Assembly (NCBI GenBank): GCA_047495785.1
Contig: JBLDXI010000034.1
Location: forward strand, 186,001-250,000
Origin: Lepidodermella squamata
Taxonomy: Eukaryota; Animalia; Gastrotricha
Length of the DNA stretch: 64,000 nt
Direction of reading: 5' to 3'
Notes under the pieces: model-generated
The model's input: only the letters and a program-made list of their open reading frames with translations
Database searches by the model: none
Told to the model about the DNA's origin: nothing
Part shown: in pieces, positions 50,477-63,287 of the stretch
How positions within the stretch are numbered: the first letter of the stretch is position 1
How the letters are laid out: each line of letters begins with the position of its first letter
Position numbers and translations under genes: made by a program

Positions 50477-51731
50477 TCAGATGTTCAAGGCCATGTACTC
50501 AGCCGTTCCATTTCCAGGTTTGATTGTCTTCAATCGGAAAAACGGTGCCCTCACGACATAATGACCGCAAGTCCCAACAATCTGCTCAATATCGCACGAA
50601 AACCCAGACGGGCACGTGATTTGAAGATCCTTCTTAGTCTCAGGCTGGTAGGACTCGGGTGATTCAAGGCGCCAATCGTACAGGGTCGAATTGCTGAAAC
50701 CAAGGCCAAGTTTGAACTTGCCAATCAACCTTTCCTTAGTCTCATCAGTTAGGCTGTTGCCCTCCGTGTTCCCCGCAATATTTCTGGACACTCCAATGCT
50801 CTTCACAAAGCTGCACTTTGTCGCCTCGCGACTAGCAGTGGAATTACAGCTTTTGACAGTGTCAAACTGGTCGATGGGCGTTTTGCAGATTTCCGACGAA
50901 ATTTCGGCACATGAGAAGTCATAACGGTACTCGCCGCCTCCAATCTTCCGCGCGAGATGGAATTGATGCAGCAACTCACCGGGAGGACATCTGGCGTACT
51001 GGCGGTCCAAATAAATCACGTTCCCATTGCCCTCGTCGTTGTACTTCGTCTGATAGCTAGACAAATTCATATCGCCTTCAATCTGAAATTACGTGAAGAT
51101 TTTAAACAAGTTTCGAAGAACCAATGAGAATTCTTCGATATTTCGGATATTTGAAGCTAATAGGTTTGCCCCCCTGGACCCTGGGATTGACTTACAGAGC
51201 AGCAGGTGTAGACGTATCTAGCGTTTCCATCCTTGCTCTCCATGCGGAAACTCTTCATAACTTCCCCATCGCCACAGAGTATATTCTGGCGGTCCAAGAA
51301 AAACGCACTTCTAGCCTCAGTCCACGCGTTCACTTTCTCCTTGCACGCCTTGATTGTTGGGGCGTTACAGCAGGTGTAGTCGTACCTCATGTTGCTGATA
51401 CCGGTTCGCTTCACCCCGAACGACGTGAGAACATTACCACTGGGACATTCAACCGAGTGGCGGTCTAGATAGGCAACATTACCCTCAACATTGCCACCGA
51501 ACTCCTGCTCCTTCGTGCTGTAGACCTTTGCCGAACATGAATCCATCCCAGGTTCTAGGAGTAGCAATCCAAATTAACAAAAGGAACTTTTCGATGTATG
51601 AATTTACCTCTTCGGCATGATTTCGACCAAGTGCTGAGGAAAACAGCGACTGCCAACGGTTTGAAGTGCCTTGCTCGTCGTAGGGCTGATCGTGTGAGCT
51701 TCAGCTGAAGTTTTTTCGTGTTTCCTTTCAT
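50477..51731 (-). CDS. Protein B, paralog of A (three YLDR repeats plus aerolysin-like tail); 5' exon tentative
   Basis: Exons ~51196-51554 and 50477-51082, with the intron at the same position as in A (TCCS|IEG versus TCCT|VEG); conserved KFKLGLGFS..YDWRLES and QIVGTCG. A putative first exon 51608-51731 is phase-compatible but gives a poor signal peptide. Confidence 0.65.
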
Positions 51732-52640
51732 CTCTCCGAAAAATTTCTGGCTGATGCAATTAACATCTGAAATCGTGACATTGAGCGACAATTCTGCAAA
51801 GGAAAGAAATAATAAGTCTTGGAAGTTCAGAGATTTTCCAATGAATTACTATTGCGGCAATTCACGTAAACGAAGGTCGTACATAGAATAGCTAATGTCA
51901 GTTTATTAATCATTTTAATTTTTCCAAGTTGAAATATTTAGGTTTAGATAATAACATTTCCTTCATCTTTTTTCATATTGAATTTCTGAACAGCTGAATT
52001 GTCATCTTTCATCGATTTTACGTGAGAATGTGCCGATGGCAGCGGCGCGTAGTGAATCCACAAAAGGTTCAAAAATTTCACAATGAGAAATTACTTTGCT
52101 GATGGCCTCAACGAGCAGCATGCATTTGACGATTTGAAAACTAAATAAAATGCAACAAATGAATTTTCGCTCCTGAATGAGTACGTATTTCTTTTTGAAA
52201 AGGGCTCCGGTTTTGGGCGCCAGAATCAACAACTTTTCATTAATTTTAGAATTAGAATGCCAATACATATTTTGAAACCATTTCCTTGGTTCAAAGACCT
52301 GAAAAGCGATAGATTAAAACGATGCTTCTGTCACAACGCTTTACTGCAAGTTTATTACCCGATCCGATCATATAAATCATGCTTCTTCACAATGAATTCA
52401 TCAATCATATTATGTTTGTTAGATCAGTCTTCATAATATGTTCCGTAAGAATTTATGAAGTTAAACTTGGTCGCCGTATATTCGAGTCACCCTCGTGTTT
52501 GTTTAGACACCGCTGCCAACTTTGATGAGTGCTTTTCGAGTATCTAACTTCTAACTCAAGCCTATAATTTATTTTCTGCGCGTTCCAAACATAATTGTAA
52601 AAAGGAATTATCTTTAAACTTTTAAGTGTTTCCAGTTGTC

Positions 52641-52895
52641 ATGGCGAGACTTCTAGTTTTATCACCCTTCTCGTAAGATCGACTTTCCCTGTGTGTGTTT
52701 TTTTTACGTTTTTTCCTGTTTAACAGACTGTCCGTTTGTTGATGACGAATGGCGATGTATTGCATGAGGAAAGCGTGAAGAACCTGCTCCAGAAGAAGAG
52801 ACAAAAGAAGAGCTCGCAAAACCTGTGACGGCAAGGCTGGTATGCGCGTGAAAGATACAAATGGAGATCGTGCTTGTAAGGCAAATGGTAACTAG
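52641..52895 (+). pseudogene. Decayed third copy of the small disulfide-peptide precursor
   Basis: ATGGCGAGACTT..|GTAAGAT first exon of 32 nt (33 nt in intact copies); RCIA-stop-GKREE..PEEE and C..GKAG..ACKA remnants lie in different frames; shared upstream GAGTGCTTTTCGAG motif at ~52527. Confidence 0.7.
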
Positions 52896-53669
52896 AGCCT
52901 GCCTAGGCAGGCGAACGGAGGATTTGATTAAGTGAACTGAATGAGGATAGCATTGCTACTACTACAAATCCCCAAGGTGCCGGTTGCGGGTTGCGCAATC
53001 GAAGAAATGGAATCATGAGATGGAATCAAACATCAACACGGGAAGCTCGAGGGACAATAAGTTAGCGAAGGCTGAGAAAAAACTTGCGAATGAGGAAATC
53101 AGGCGGAAATGTTTCGCTTGAAGAATGCGATTTCGGTGTCAGTACGAATTTTGCTATATTTTTGCTTAAAAAATGAAAAAATACTCTTCTCCAAGTCACC
53201 ACACAACGAGTCATGTGTGGTACGTCACTTCCATAGGTCCATGGAGCGAAGTAGGGCAGCAGACTGGTTAGCATAAGGCGAATCGACATAGGCCCCCCCC
53301 CCCCACCTTTGATCTTTGACTGAGATCACCATGCGGACCTATGGAACTAGTAGCAAGGATGATCCCTACCATCCATAGCGGTACTTCGCTCACTACTCAC
53401 CACGGTAAACCAGCCTGCTTCTAGGAAGTCATCATTGACACAGAGCAAGATAGCCTGCCAAATTGGTAAACGAAATACCCGACTGTTAGATATTGATCAT
53501 TCTTCCTTCATTACTCTAAACAACAAGTTTATTACGCGATCGGATGCGTTAGAGTTAATTAGCATCTTCCCGTTTAATCCATCAATCTTGTTTACTGCCG
53601 TTTATGATTTGGTTCGTTTGCTTCGTCCAGCCTATCTCGTCATATCAGTTGTCTGCTGATTCCGGATGT

Positions 53670-53997
53670 CTAAGCCTTGCATTCGAGCCTGTGCTTTCGG
53701 ATATCTTCCTTCCAATGGCCTTTCTGGCCTTTGCTCGTAGTGCATTCGGCTCCTTCACGCTTCTCATCTTCTCGCTGAACTTCTTCGCGCGCTTCCATTG
53801 CAACACAGCGCACCTTGCCACCGACGCGCTTCATTAAGCCGTTCTTATTATTATCCGTCAAGCACTTGTCGCCTAAACTACCAGCGAAGGCAACAACAGC
53901 CAAAACAGCCTGTCAAGAAGCAAATCATCATGAACCAAAGACGGAACTAGGAATTTCATCTTACTAGAAGAGCGATAACCAAAACAAGCCTTGCCAT
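53670..53997 (-). CDS. Small secreted two-peptide precursor 1 (90 aa)
   Basis: Exons 53965-53997 and 53670-53909: MARLVLVIALLAVLAVVAFAGSLGDKCLTDNNKNGLMKRVGGKVRCVAMEAREEVQREDEKREGAECTTSKGQKGHWKEDIRKHRLECKA. Confidence 0.85.
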
Positions 53998-54670
53998 GAT
54001 AACTCGAAAAATTAATAGGACTATTCCTTTGTGTTAATTGAATTTGAAAGAAAAGAATGAACTGAGCTGAAGTAAGATATACTCGAAAAGCACTCGACAA
54101 GGCATAAAGTCATATCTGTTTTCATAATTCTTGTCGGGCAGCTGAATTGTTTTCCTTCATCGTCTTACATACGGGGAAAGCGAAAATGTACTGAGTTTGG
54201 CAGGAGCAGAGAACACAGCAAGTTGAAAACATCAAAATAAAGAAATTTATCCTGCTAACAGGCTAGCTTATGAGAGAATTACTCCCTTGTTATGGAAGAA
54301 TTACGCGTGGACAGTTTTCATGAGATAAGAATGAAATTCTGCAACCCGTGCTGTAGCTAGTCTACTTATTTGAACCTCAATTAATCATTTCAAGCAATTT
54401 CCGGAGGCGCGGGGATTCAGAATTACTAGGAGACTTTGAAATCCCCAAACTTATCTACTATTGAAATTATTGTTTACCACTGAGGATGCCAAAACATTGC
54501 CGAAAATCTTTCAATATCTCAAAATCTTTCCGCTATACCATCAAATGGTTCGCTTCAACATTTTCAACTCGAAGTTACGATTGGATTACGGCGCTTGGAT
54601 ACAGGCAAAAATTGAACTTCTGAAGCGCCGTATCTTACTCAGCTTTCTGCCTCAAACTCAGCTGGCCATT

Positions 54671-54810
54671 TGCTCCTGAGGCTAACCGAACTGACGAATG
54701 ATCAATAAATAATGTCTCAAACATCAAGGAATACTCGAATTTTTATTTGAAGGCCGAACAATGTATTGATCATTCGTAAGTTCGGTTAGATTCGCTTAGC
54801 CCCAGGAGCA
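54671..54810. repeat. Imperfect palindromic mini-element
   Basis: TGCTCCTGAGGCTAA..CCGAACTGACGAATGATCAATA / TATTGATCATTCGTAAGTTCGG..TTAGCCCCAGGAGCA. Confidence 0.6.
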
Positions 54811-55777
54811 GCCGGGCAAACGGCTAAATGATTCGTTGAACGGATGGTCCCGAATGAACGCTCTTAGGGTTCGCTCATAGGGACTACCTAGTCGTCTTTA
54901 GGACAGCTAGGTAGTCTTGCTGACTGGCACTCTTAAAACACCACTTTTCACTTTTGCAGCACGATGGAGTGGTCGGCCACCGTCGGGGTATAGCGTTATT
55001 GATAAATCACGGTCGAACCGGGTGGGGACCGAACTCGTGCCCATCGATCTTGACGCTCAAGGCACAGCAGACAGCCCCTTCTGCCTTCTGCCTTCTGCCT
55101 TCAATGTTCTGGTGCGTAATCTAGAGGGGAATAAATTACTGCTTACTGTCATTGTTTTCATCAAATTTGTAGTTTAACATGTGGCCTATGCTGTCTCATC
55201 AGGAAACAAGCCCGGCATCTAGCAGTTGTAACGAATAGCGATGTCTGGCATGGCGTAAGTTGAATCAGCGTGAAAGATGGCAGAACAGAAGGCCTGAATG
55301 CTGCACGCAAGACGCAAAAATGATCTCATATGCGAATAGCGTAATTTCTATTCTCCGTAGTTCTTCCCGCTAGCCGAAAAATGAGCCCAATCATCAAAAC
55401 ATGTGATCGCAACTTGAAATCGATCTGCTATTCTAATCTACGTAATAAAACGTGCTTTTCCGATATATGCCTGCGTCCGTCGCTAGGTAGGCATTTTTTT
55501 AACAACCATAATGCCACGTGAGATATCGCCTCGTCACGTGCCTTGTCAAATTACGAAGTACCTAGAAGTGTAGCTGGCGGCTTGAATAACAACACGTAGA
55601 TACTTACTCTTTGCTATTGAACAAAAACCGCCAATTTACAATCTGCCGCTGCGGTCACGCATACTATAATAGTAGGTCATATTTTATGCCTTCATATACA
55701 CAGGCAATTGATAAAAAAGTGTTTAAAGCTTAAATTTGCTTGTTTTGAAAAATTGCCTAGAAAAAAGTTCTATCACA

Positions 55778-56820
55778 ATGTCATCTGAAAAGAAAATTAT
55801 TTCTGTTGTTGGAGCAACTGGTCAACAAGTAAAAGAATGATTTTCCTATTCTTCTTGTGAATTGCTCCATTTCTAAAGGGTGGTTCTGTTGTTCGAGCGA
55901 TTTTGGAGGATCCGAACACGGAATTCAAAGCTCGAGCTTTAACCCGTGATGCCGATTCCGCAAAAGCCAAGGCCTTAGCCGAGCAAGGTGTTGAAGTCGT
56001 TCAAGTCAATGCTAATGACGAGGACGCGTTGGCTGAGGCTATCAAAGGCTCTTATGGCATGTACTGTGTCTCCGTTATCGACTGGACCGATCCAGATAAA
56101 GAAATCGCACAGATCAAATCTATGGCGAATGCGGCAAGGCAAGTTTATAATACGATACTCGTAACTAATTTCAAGGCTCATTTTTCAAGGAAAGCGGGGA
56201 TCAAGCATGTTATTTGGTCAACCTTGGATGACACTTCGAAATACGTACCACTGAGCGACGATCGAATGCCGACTTTGCACGGCAAGTACAAGGTGCCTCA
56301 ATGCGAAACGAAAGCTAGCTCTGACAAATTCTTCGATGGCCAGCCTGTTACCTTCATAATAACCCCCGGTTTTTGGGACAACTACTCTACCGGCATGTTC
56401 CCGATTCTTCGTGGCCAAGATGGCAAATTAGCGATCTCATTGCCTATGGGGCAAGCTAAATCGCCTGGCATGGCTGTCGACGACATTGGCCGGTGTGCTT
56501 ACGGAATTTTCAAAGACCCGACTTGGATTGGCAAGCGAATTGCGCTTGCTAGTGAAACGATGACGATTGGCGAGCAAGCAGCTAAGGTTGGCAAGGTTCT
56601 AGGCGAGGAGATTGTGTACCAGCCCGTGCCAATCGCTGTTTTCCGGACCTTGCCGTTTCCTGGCGCGAGCGAAATGGCGAATATGATGCAGTTTGTTCAG
56701 GATTTTAATGAAGAAATGAATGCTACCCGTGATTTTGCTGGGACGAGAAACCTGAATCCGAAGCTGATGTCTTTCGATCAATTTTTAGAGAAATACGGCC
56801 ATCTCATCAAGGCTCATTGA
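55778..56820 (+). CDS. NmrA/HSCARG-family NAD(P)-binding protein
   Basis: MSSEKKIISVVGATGQQ|GGSVVRAIL Rossmann motif (intron 55829-55878), RALTRD, KHVIWSTL, FWDN, DIGRCA and FPGA..ANM. Second intron 56139-56189 is GC-AG. Confidence 0.9.
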
Positions 56821-58336
56821 AAGCCGTGGCAAAGCAACGCGCAATCATCGCAAGACACTGCCGAATTTGCTAACCCTTAACAGGAAATGCTAGCAAATGT
56901 AGGACCAGAGTAATACTTATCCCAAAGTCAAAATATATCAAACAGTTATAGCTGAAAATGAAAAATAAATCTGACTGGCAACTGCAGCAGCATAGCTGAT
57001 ATACAGTAAACCTTACCGTAAATTCGTGAACATTAATCAGCTTAATGTTTACACGCAGTGTGCGACTTTCAGGAGGGCTGGAGGGGATCATCCCCTCCAG
57101 CTTGACAGCGAAATGAGAATCTATCCCACTGTTTCATTAATTTTGAGATGTTTCAGAGCGTGGTTTAGTGGGAAATCTTCGCCTCGCTCGCTATGTAGTC
57201 AATATAACTAGTCATTTTGGCAAATACGGCAAATAAAATTGTTCCAACCCTGGCAGCTCCGGGATCGAAGATCGCACCCTGTTTACACGCAGATAAATAT
57301 GTTATTTTGAGTAGAAGTGACACTGAAAAAACGAGTTATCGATATGTGGAAGAGGCAACATGTTACGTGTTTCTTCATTATCAGTCAGTTTCTTGAACTC
57401 GAAAAATAGTGAACAAAATCGGGCAATTATTCTAGCGGGCTTTTATTCGAGGGAGGCAATCATTAACTTGGAACGTCACGTCAACACTTCAATCAAGCCC
57501 ATGATCAAGTTGACATGAACAGCTTCCAAAAGGCTTTCCAGGTTGGACTACCTCCTAAAGATTTCAAGCAGTAGTGATTCCGCAGTCGGGAAAGCTATTC
57601 CTAGTAGTTTCAGACCATATTATTTTCAAGGCTTCAACCTGTTTTTATGCCGTATGACTATTATTGGAGGCGGGCTATTATTAATATTTGGACACAATAT
57701 ACAAGTGCAATTTTTGGGCTATTATTGGAGGGGGTTATTATTGGAGGTAGGATATTATTCGAAGATATACCGTGCTTGATGATGCTTGATGAGTCGAACT
57801 GCGTTTGGCTACAGTTTGGTTCGTATCACTTTCGCTTGTATGATGTTATCCGTGAGCACTGTGAACTAAAAATCGCGAAGCAAGAAGCAACTCTTCTCCG
57901 ACCGTGCACAAAGGTTTACCCGACAATTTAAGGTTCCAGTGGCTGGAGTGGTTGGTATGCCTGCAGAGCGCAGTGGGGTGCGGTCGGCGTGTAGTCATGG
58001 TTTGCACATTGCGTTACTATTGGAATAGGACAATGCACAGTATGCTGGGTGTGGTTGCACACTGGCGGCATACAAAGATTTCCACGTCACAAACGGCGGC
58101 AGTACGGGGGTTCCCCCGGCATTGGGGAACACGGCGATCATTTCGCATTCTCCACGGCTATTTATAGAGCGATAATGATTAATTTAACAAATTCGCCCGA
58201 CGACATTTATAGGTTGAAAATGCTTGTATTACTTCGTTGTCGATAGATAAATCGTTGCGATTAAGGCAAAAAAATTGGCTCGTTTTGCTTTTTATTTAAG
58301 AGGCTTTCAGCCACGCCACCCGATGCGCTCTCAAAA

Positions 58337-59352
58337 TTATATATCCATGGATGGCGGATCAACGGGAGCAACTGGAGGATCAGCATGTTGAAAGGAATTG
58401 CTAAACATGGGATTCGAAAATTACTAATTTTAAAAGATGCTTAGAAAAACTCAATTATAAACAATACCTTCCCATCATTTCTAAAGGTTGCTCAGGAGCT
58501 GATTGCGTTTCAAGAACACTATCCATCTCTGAAAATGATCGTATTAAAATCAAGCCTCCTTGTATTCAGAATTAATTCAAATACTGTCGTTAACCACAGC
58601 AGATTCGTTAGCTCTCGGCCTGGAGCGTCCCAATATAAAAGTGTAACGAATTTTAGGATGGTTTAATGTTTAAAGCAAGAACTCACTCGAGAAAGCTACT
58701 TTGAGGTGAGATGTCGGTTAATCCGGGCACGACTGGTTCTAAAGGTGCAAAAGCAATGAAAATAGCTTATGAGAATGCAGTCCACGACCTACCCGCGGCA
58801 TGAAATCTTTAAGGATCAAGGAATAATTGAAAAAATCGAATTAGAAAAAGTGATGAAATTCAAAACACTGGAATACTCATTAGGCAGTGGATCCGTTTGC
58901 ACCATGCGACGTAGCTGTAGTTCCAAGGAGAGGAAATAGAGTAGGTACTTGAAAACAGTAGTGGGCTGTTATACCGTTTCACATTGATTCCGCTGATGCT
59001 CTATTATTTCTCGCATTTCTCGCTTAGCAGCGACCGCCGTGTCGGAGTTCTCAGAGGATCTCAAAACTTGCCACAAATTCTGAGCTATGAAGCTAGCAAA
59101 GTCAGAATCATATGGCTCGACGGTGACAATCACCCAAATTATAGTTTCATTGCTCAACTTCTCCCAAAGGTCACAAAAAGTATGCAAGGCCTCGAATGAT
59201 GTTCGTTTACGAACAACGCGTCTTACGAAATCATCGTTGAACTGTAGGCGGTAGTGTTCGGGCATTTTTTGCAGTTCATCGGTCAGCCGAGCTGCGTCAA
59301 ATGTTCTCCGACGGCATGCCCGAATAACGCGCTCAAAGCCTCCAGAAGCCAT
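58337..59352 (-). CDS. Orphan multi-exon gene: ~125-aa helical N-terminal exon plus Pro/Ser-rich micro-exon tail
   Basis: ORF 58969-59352 is followed by GT-AG bounded small exons, the last two splicing to ..MDSVLETQSAPEQPLEMMGSNSFQHADPPVAPVDPPSMDI-stop; AATAAA (minus) at ~58291. Confidence 0.6.
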
Positions 59353-60734
59353 AGCGGGAAGTAGGTATTTTAGTTGATTGTGCTGCTTAAACGAAGAATT
59401 AATATAAACTTATACAGAGCTGATTAGTTTTCATAGCCACGCTGTGATAAGGACGGGCTGCAGTGACAAGAGTTGCGATAAGCCTCTCACGAATCCAAGT
59501 CTTCTGGATGTTTGATTGGCTGCCTTTCTAAACCTGACGTAAAGAAAGGGAAACTCCACAACCTACAACGCTAATTTTCAGCGTCGGATTCAGTATGAGC
59601 TTCTTCAATTCAGCTGGCGATAGTCTCTGCTGGTGATAGTCTCTTAATGGGACCGATCTGGGAAAAGGGAAAAAAATTAAGCTTACGACTCGCCCTATCC
59701 AAGGCTGTTGACTAACGACGCAACGATCATACCGACACGCCCTATGACAGAGATAACACCAAAGCCTGTTCCGCGCAGCACACTTTGGAAAAGTTCAACA
59801 GCGTAAACGTATAGAGCCGCTGAACAAATATGAAATAAATTGATAGAGGAGTTCAAGGTTTTCATACTGAATGAGTAGCAGACTGCAAATTTGCCAAATG
59901 CCGCGATGCTGACTGTCGATACTGGCCAAAAGATGAGTAAATTGTAAGATCAATGACGAACAAACCTGACGGAATGAAAGAAACTCATGACGTAAACTGC
60001 GATCAACAGGAATCCAGTCAGCATCGAGACATTGTTAAGAAAACAAGCGCATGGCAGCAAAAAACACCAGCAAAGGATGCATTAACTCGTATTTTTTCGC
60101 CGGCTGTGTGGTTCATCGGGCAGATCATCGTGCCAAGCCATTCTGAACGCTGGATCAGGTTAGATTTGCTCATGCTGCGTAGTTGATCGTTTCAGCCGAC
60201 TGTTCGTAAGTTGAGCTCTAATACTCTAATACTAAAACTAATAGCTGTCCCTAGTACAAATTGGGGCGTGAAATTAATGATATGATCAAGAAACTCAGCA
60301 ACTTTCGTTTTTTAGTCATTTCACACCGGTAATTTCATGGGTTTCGCGGGCTACTGAACCTATTTTAAAGCCATTGCCTAGAATTCACTGGTTCCCAAAG
60401 GATAACCTCAAGAGCCCTTAAAAACTCGCTCAATTCTGGGCACAATTGGAGGGTAAAGGTGGACTGGAGCGCAACTGTCAATGCGACAAAAATGCATTTT
60501 AAGAAGGAAATCCTCATTGAAACAAGGTATCAGTCCGGCCAGATTGGTGAAAAATTAGATACCAAAAATGCTTCCTTCTGTACTCCCTACAGCAAGTTTA
60601 TTACTCAGTCAGAAAATGCAAGCATCTCCACACAAAAAATGTTGTTTACAGCCGATTGTGATCTAATAGTAGAGGCAGCATTACATCGTCCAGTCCATCT
60701 CATCGAAAAAACTGCCTGATTATACCGGATGGCT

Positions 60735-61076
60735 TTATTGCTCAGCCCTGCATTCCCACTTCTTCTTCTGCCTATTTTTCTTCCAATTGCCTTTCTGTCC
60801 ATTGCTCGTAGTGCAGGGGGATACTTCTGCTCGTGCCTCTTCTTCCGGCTCGAATTCTCTTCCGGGTTGTTTAGCCCAAGCAACGCAGCGCACATTGTTA
60901 CCGATGCGCCTCATTGTGCCTTGCTCCTTAAACTTGGTAATGCAATGTTCGCCGAGTCTTGCGCCGGCGGAAACATGAGCCATAAGAACCTGTTGAGAAG
61001 CAAATGGTCATCAACAAAGGACGAAATGGCTGTTCGATCTTACCAATACAGCGATAACCAGAAGAAGCCTTGTCAT
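60735..61076 (-). CDS. Small secreted two-peptide precursor 2 (95 aa)
   Basis: Exons 61044-61076 and 60735-60989: MTRLLLVIAVLVLMAHVSAGARLGEHCITKFKEQGTMRRIGNNVRCVAWAKQPGREFEPEEEARAEVSPCTTSNGQKGNWKKNRQKKKWECRAEQ. Confidence 0.85.
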
Positions 61077-63287
61077 GATAACTCGAAGAATTAATTGGAT
61101 AATTCCTTTGTGTTAATTAAATTTGAAAAGAAAAGAATGAAGTGAGCTCGGGCAGGATTCTCGAAAAGCACTTGTCCAGGTCGCATGCGGCTTCCGAGCA
61201 AACACCAGGATCTTTTCATTGTTGTCATAATTCATTTCAGCCAGCTGAATTGTCTTTCTTCATCGATTCTTGCGGGGGAAATGCGCTGAGGATGGCTGGC
61301 TATGGAGAATAGAAAAAAGTAAGGAACACCTGAACAAAGGAATTTTGCCTTGCCAACAGCCAATATCGCGGGTGGAACGACTTAAATAGAACCAGTTGGC
61401 GAAATGCACTTGATTCACACACAAAACTGGTGTTCTAGTGATCTTACACGCAAGAAAATTCCTTTGCTTAGATGTCCTTAACTTTTGTTGTTTCCATACT
61501 GCCAGCCATCCTCGGTGCATCCGCGCTGCAAGAATCGATGAAGCGAGTAGAATGAAAATCCTATGAGTTGAGATCATGAGATTAGCTCCAAAAATCCCCG
61601 AACCTTTCTTTTACCGAAATTAAGTGGCACGTGGAAATTGCTGATTTAAAGGTTAGGTAACCCTTGGGACTGATAGCAGTATGGACTCGAAACTAGCGGA
61701 AAATTCATCGGATCGAGGCAAAAAATACGATTTCTGTGAGTGAGGCAAAATATGGGGTTTTAGCAATAATAACAAGGCCTTTTGCTGCATTCTCCCATTA
61801 CATTCATTTTTTCAGGTGGGCCCGACAATTAGCGGCTTAACTGCTTCTCAGGTGTGAGTGCTATGACTATAGGACTTGGATTTTTGGATTTGCCTCCATC
61901 AGATGAATTTTGTATGTGATTGCAAAGAAGTGTCGAGTCCATATTGCCAAAACGACTCGTCGATGCGACAGGCTCCAAATAGGACAATAGGTCTGGATGA
62001 CCGTTGCGGAACAGCTAGCGACATAAAAGAACAATGGGTTGGGTCGCGTCTCAAGGGTGAAAATCGCATAATTTGGGCGCAACATCACGGCAAGGGGGCG
62101 ACAATGGAGTGTTAAAGGTAAGATCATTTAGCAGTATTATGTAAATTTCAGTTTTTTCAGCCCGGAATTTATCTGACCAGATGGTCGCTGTGGGTTTTGG
62201 GGATTTTCTTGCCTCTCGTGCCCCTGTAACCTCGGTCTTCACACGCTGGGAACTGCGACAATGCTCCCTCATCACCAAGGCGATGATTCACTGTTTTAGT
62301 CTTCGTTGCAAATTATGGCTTGTTTGTATGTAAGACACTTCATACAGGGCCCTGCCTATTTATTTACCCTCTGTCCTTTACACAGGTTCTGCCCTATTTT
62401 TTCGTCCTGCCTAATAATTCGTAGAATTCGGTAGAAGGATTCTGTAAATTGCGCTGAACTCAGCGTGGTCAATAGGTTGGAAAAATCGACTTTTTGCCTT
62501 TAGATTCCCTATAGGGGAGATCTTAGGATTATCTAGTTGAGCTCTTTGGATCTCTAACCGTAACACCTGGATGCTTTAAAAAATTATTTTCAAATTCTCC
62601 GAAATTGATTTAGTAAAGAAATTATCTTTCAGATAGTTCCATTTCAAAGAGTGAGTCCAAAGAGTGAGGTCAGTCAACTTGAGTTAGGGTTGGTTAGGGT
62701 TAGGTGTCATCTTGACCCACAACCCCATTTATATCGAATGACCTTTGGCGGTCATGATCACTCTAAAAGATCTTTTCTTTGCTTAATTAAGTGCGGATAA
62801 TTTGAAAATCAAAATTATAACGCAATACTAAATGATAATCTGAAGCAGCTTGGGTGTTGATTATGAAGCAATGCTTTTCATGGTTCTTTTCAACCTCAAT
62901 CAAAGGTTATAACGCTTGAAAATTCGCGAATCTTGCCTTTCCTCTATTGAATTCGCCGATTCTTAGGAGGTTTTCATTTTGGGATTAGCCTCGGAGAACT
63001 GCTCGAGGTTTGTTAAGACTATTATATGTCGGGCCTCTTTCTGCTCGTCGACCAGAATATACACAAGCGTCTCCTTCTTAATGCCCACTATAACAGTGAA
63101 TATGCATCTTCAAATGCCGGCTCTAATAACTCGCTGTCAAAACAAAACAAGCTCTCGTAAGGAAGCTGAACATCCACTAAGGCACTCGTAAATTACTTGC
63201 TCAAACAACAACTAAGCACGAAAAGCCACACGTAAAGACCTTCTCCACTAGTAATATATTGCGTCAAATTTTAATAGACCCCAACAA

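Noticed and set aside
57420-57775. TATTATTGGAG-type repeats and ORFs
   Set aside because: Probably a decayed MITE; termini could not be defined and there is no coding signal.
53604-61094. Hydrophobic plus-strand ORFs 53604-53837 and 60729-61094 as membrane proteins
   Set aside because: They are antisense to the peptide precursors, which have conserved introns, signal peptides and Cys spacing.
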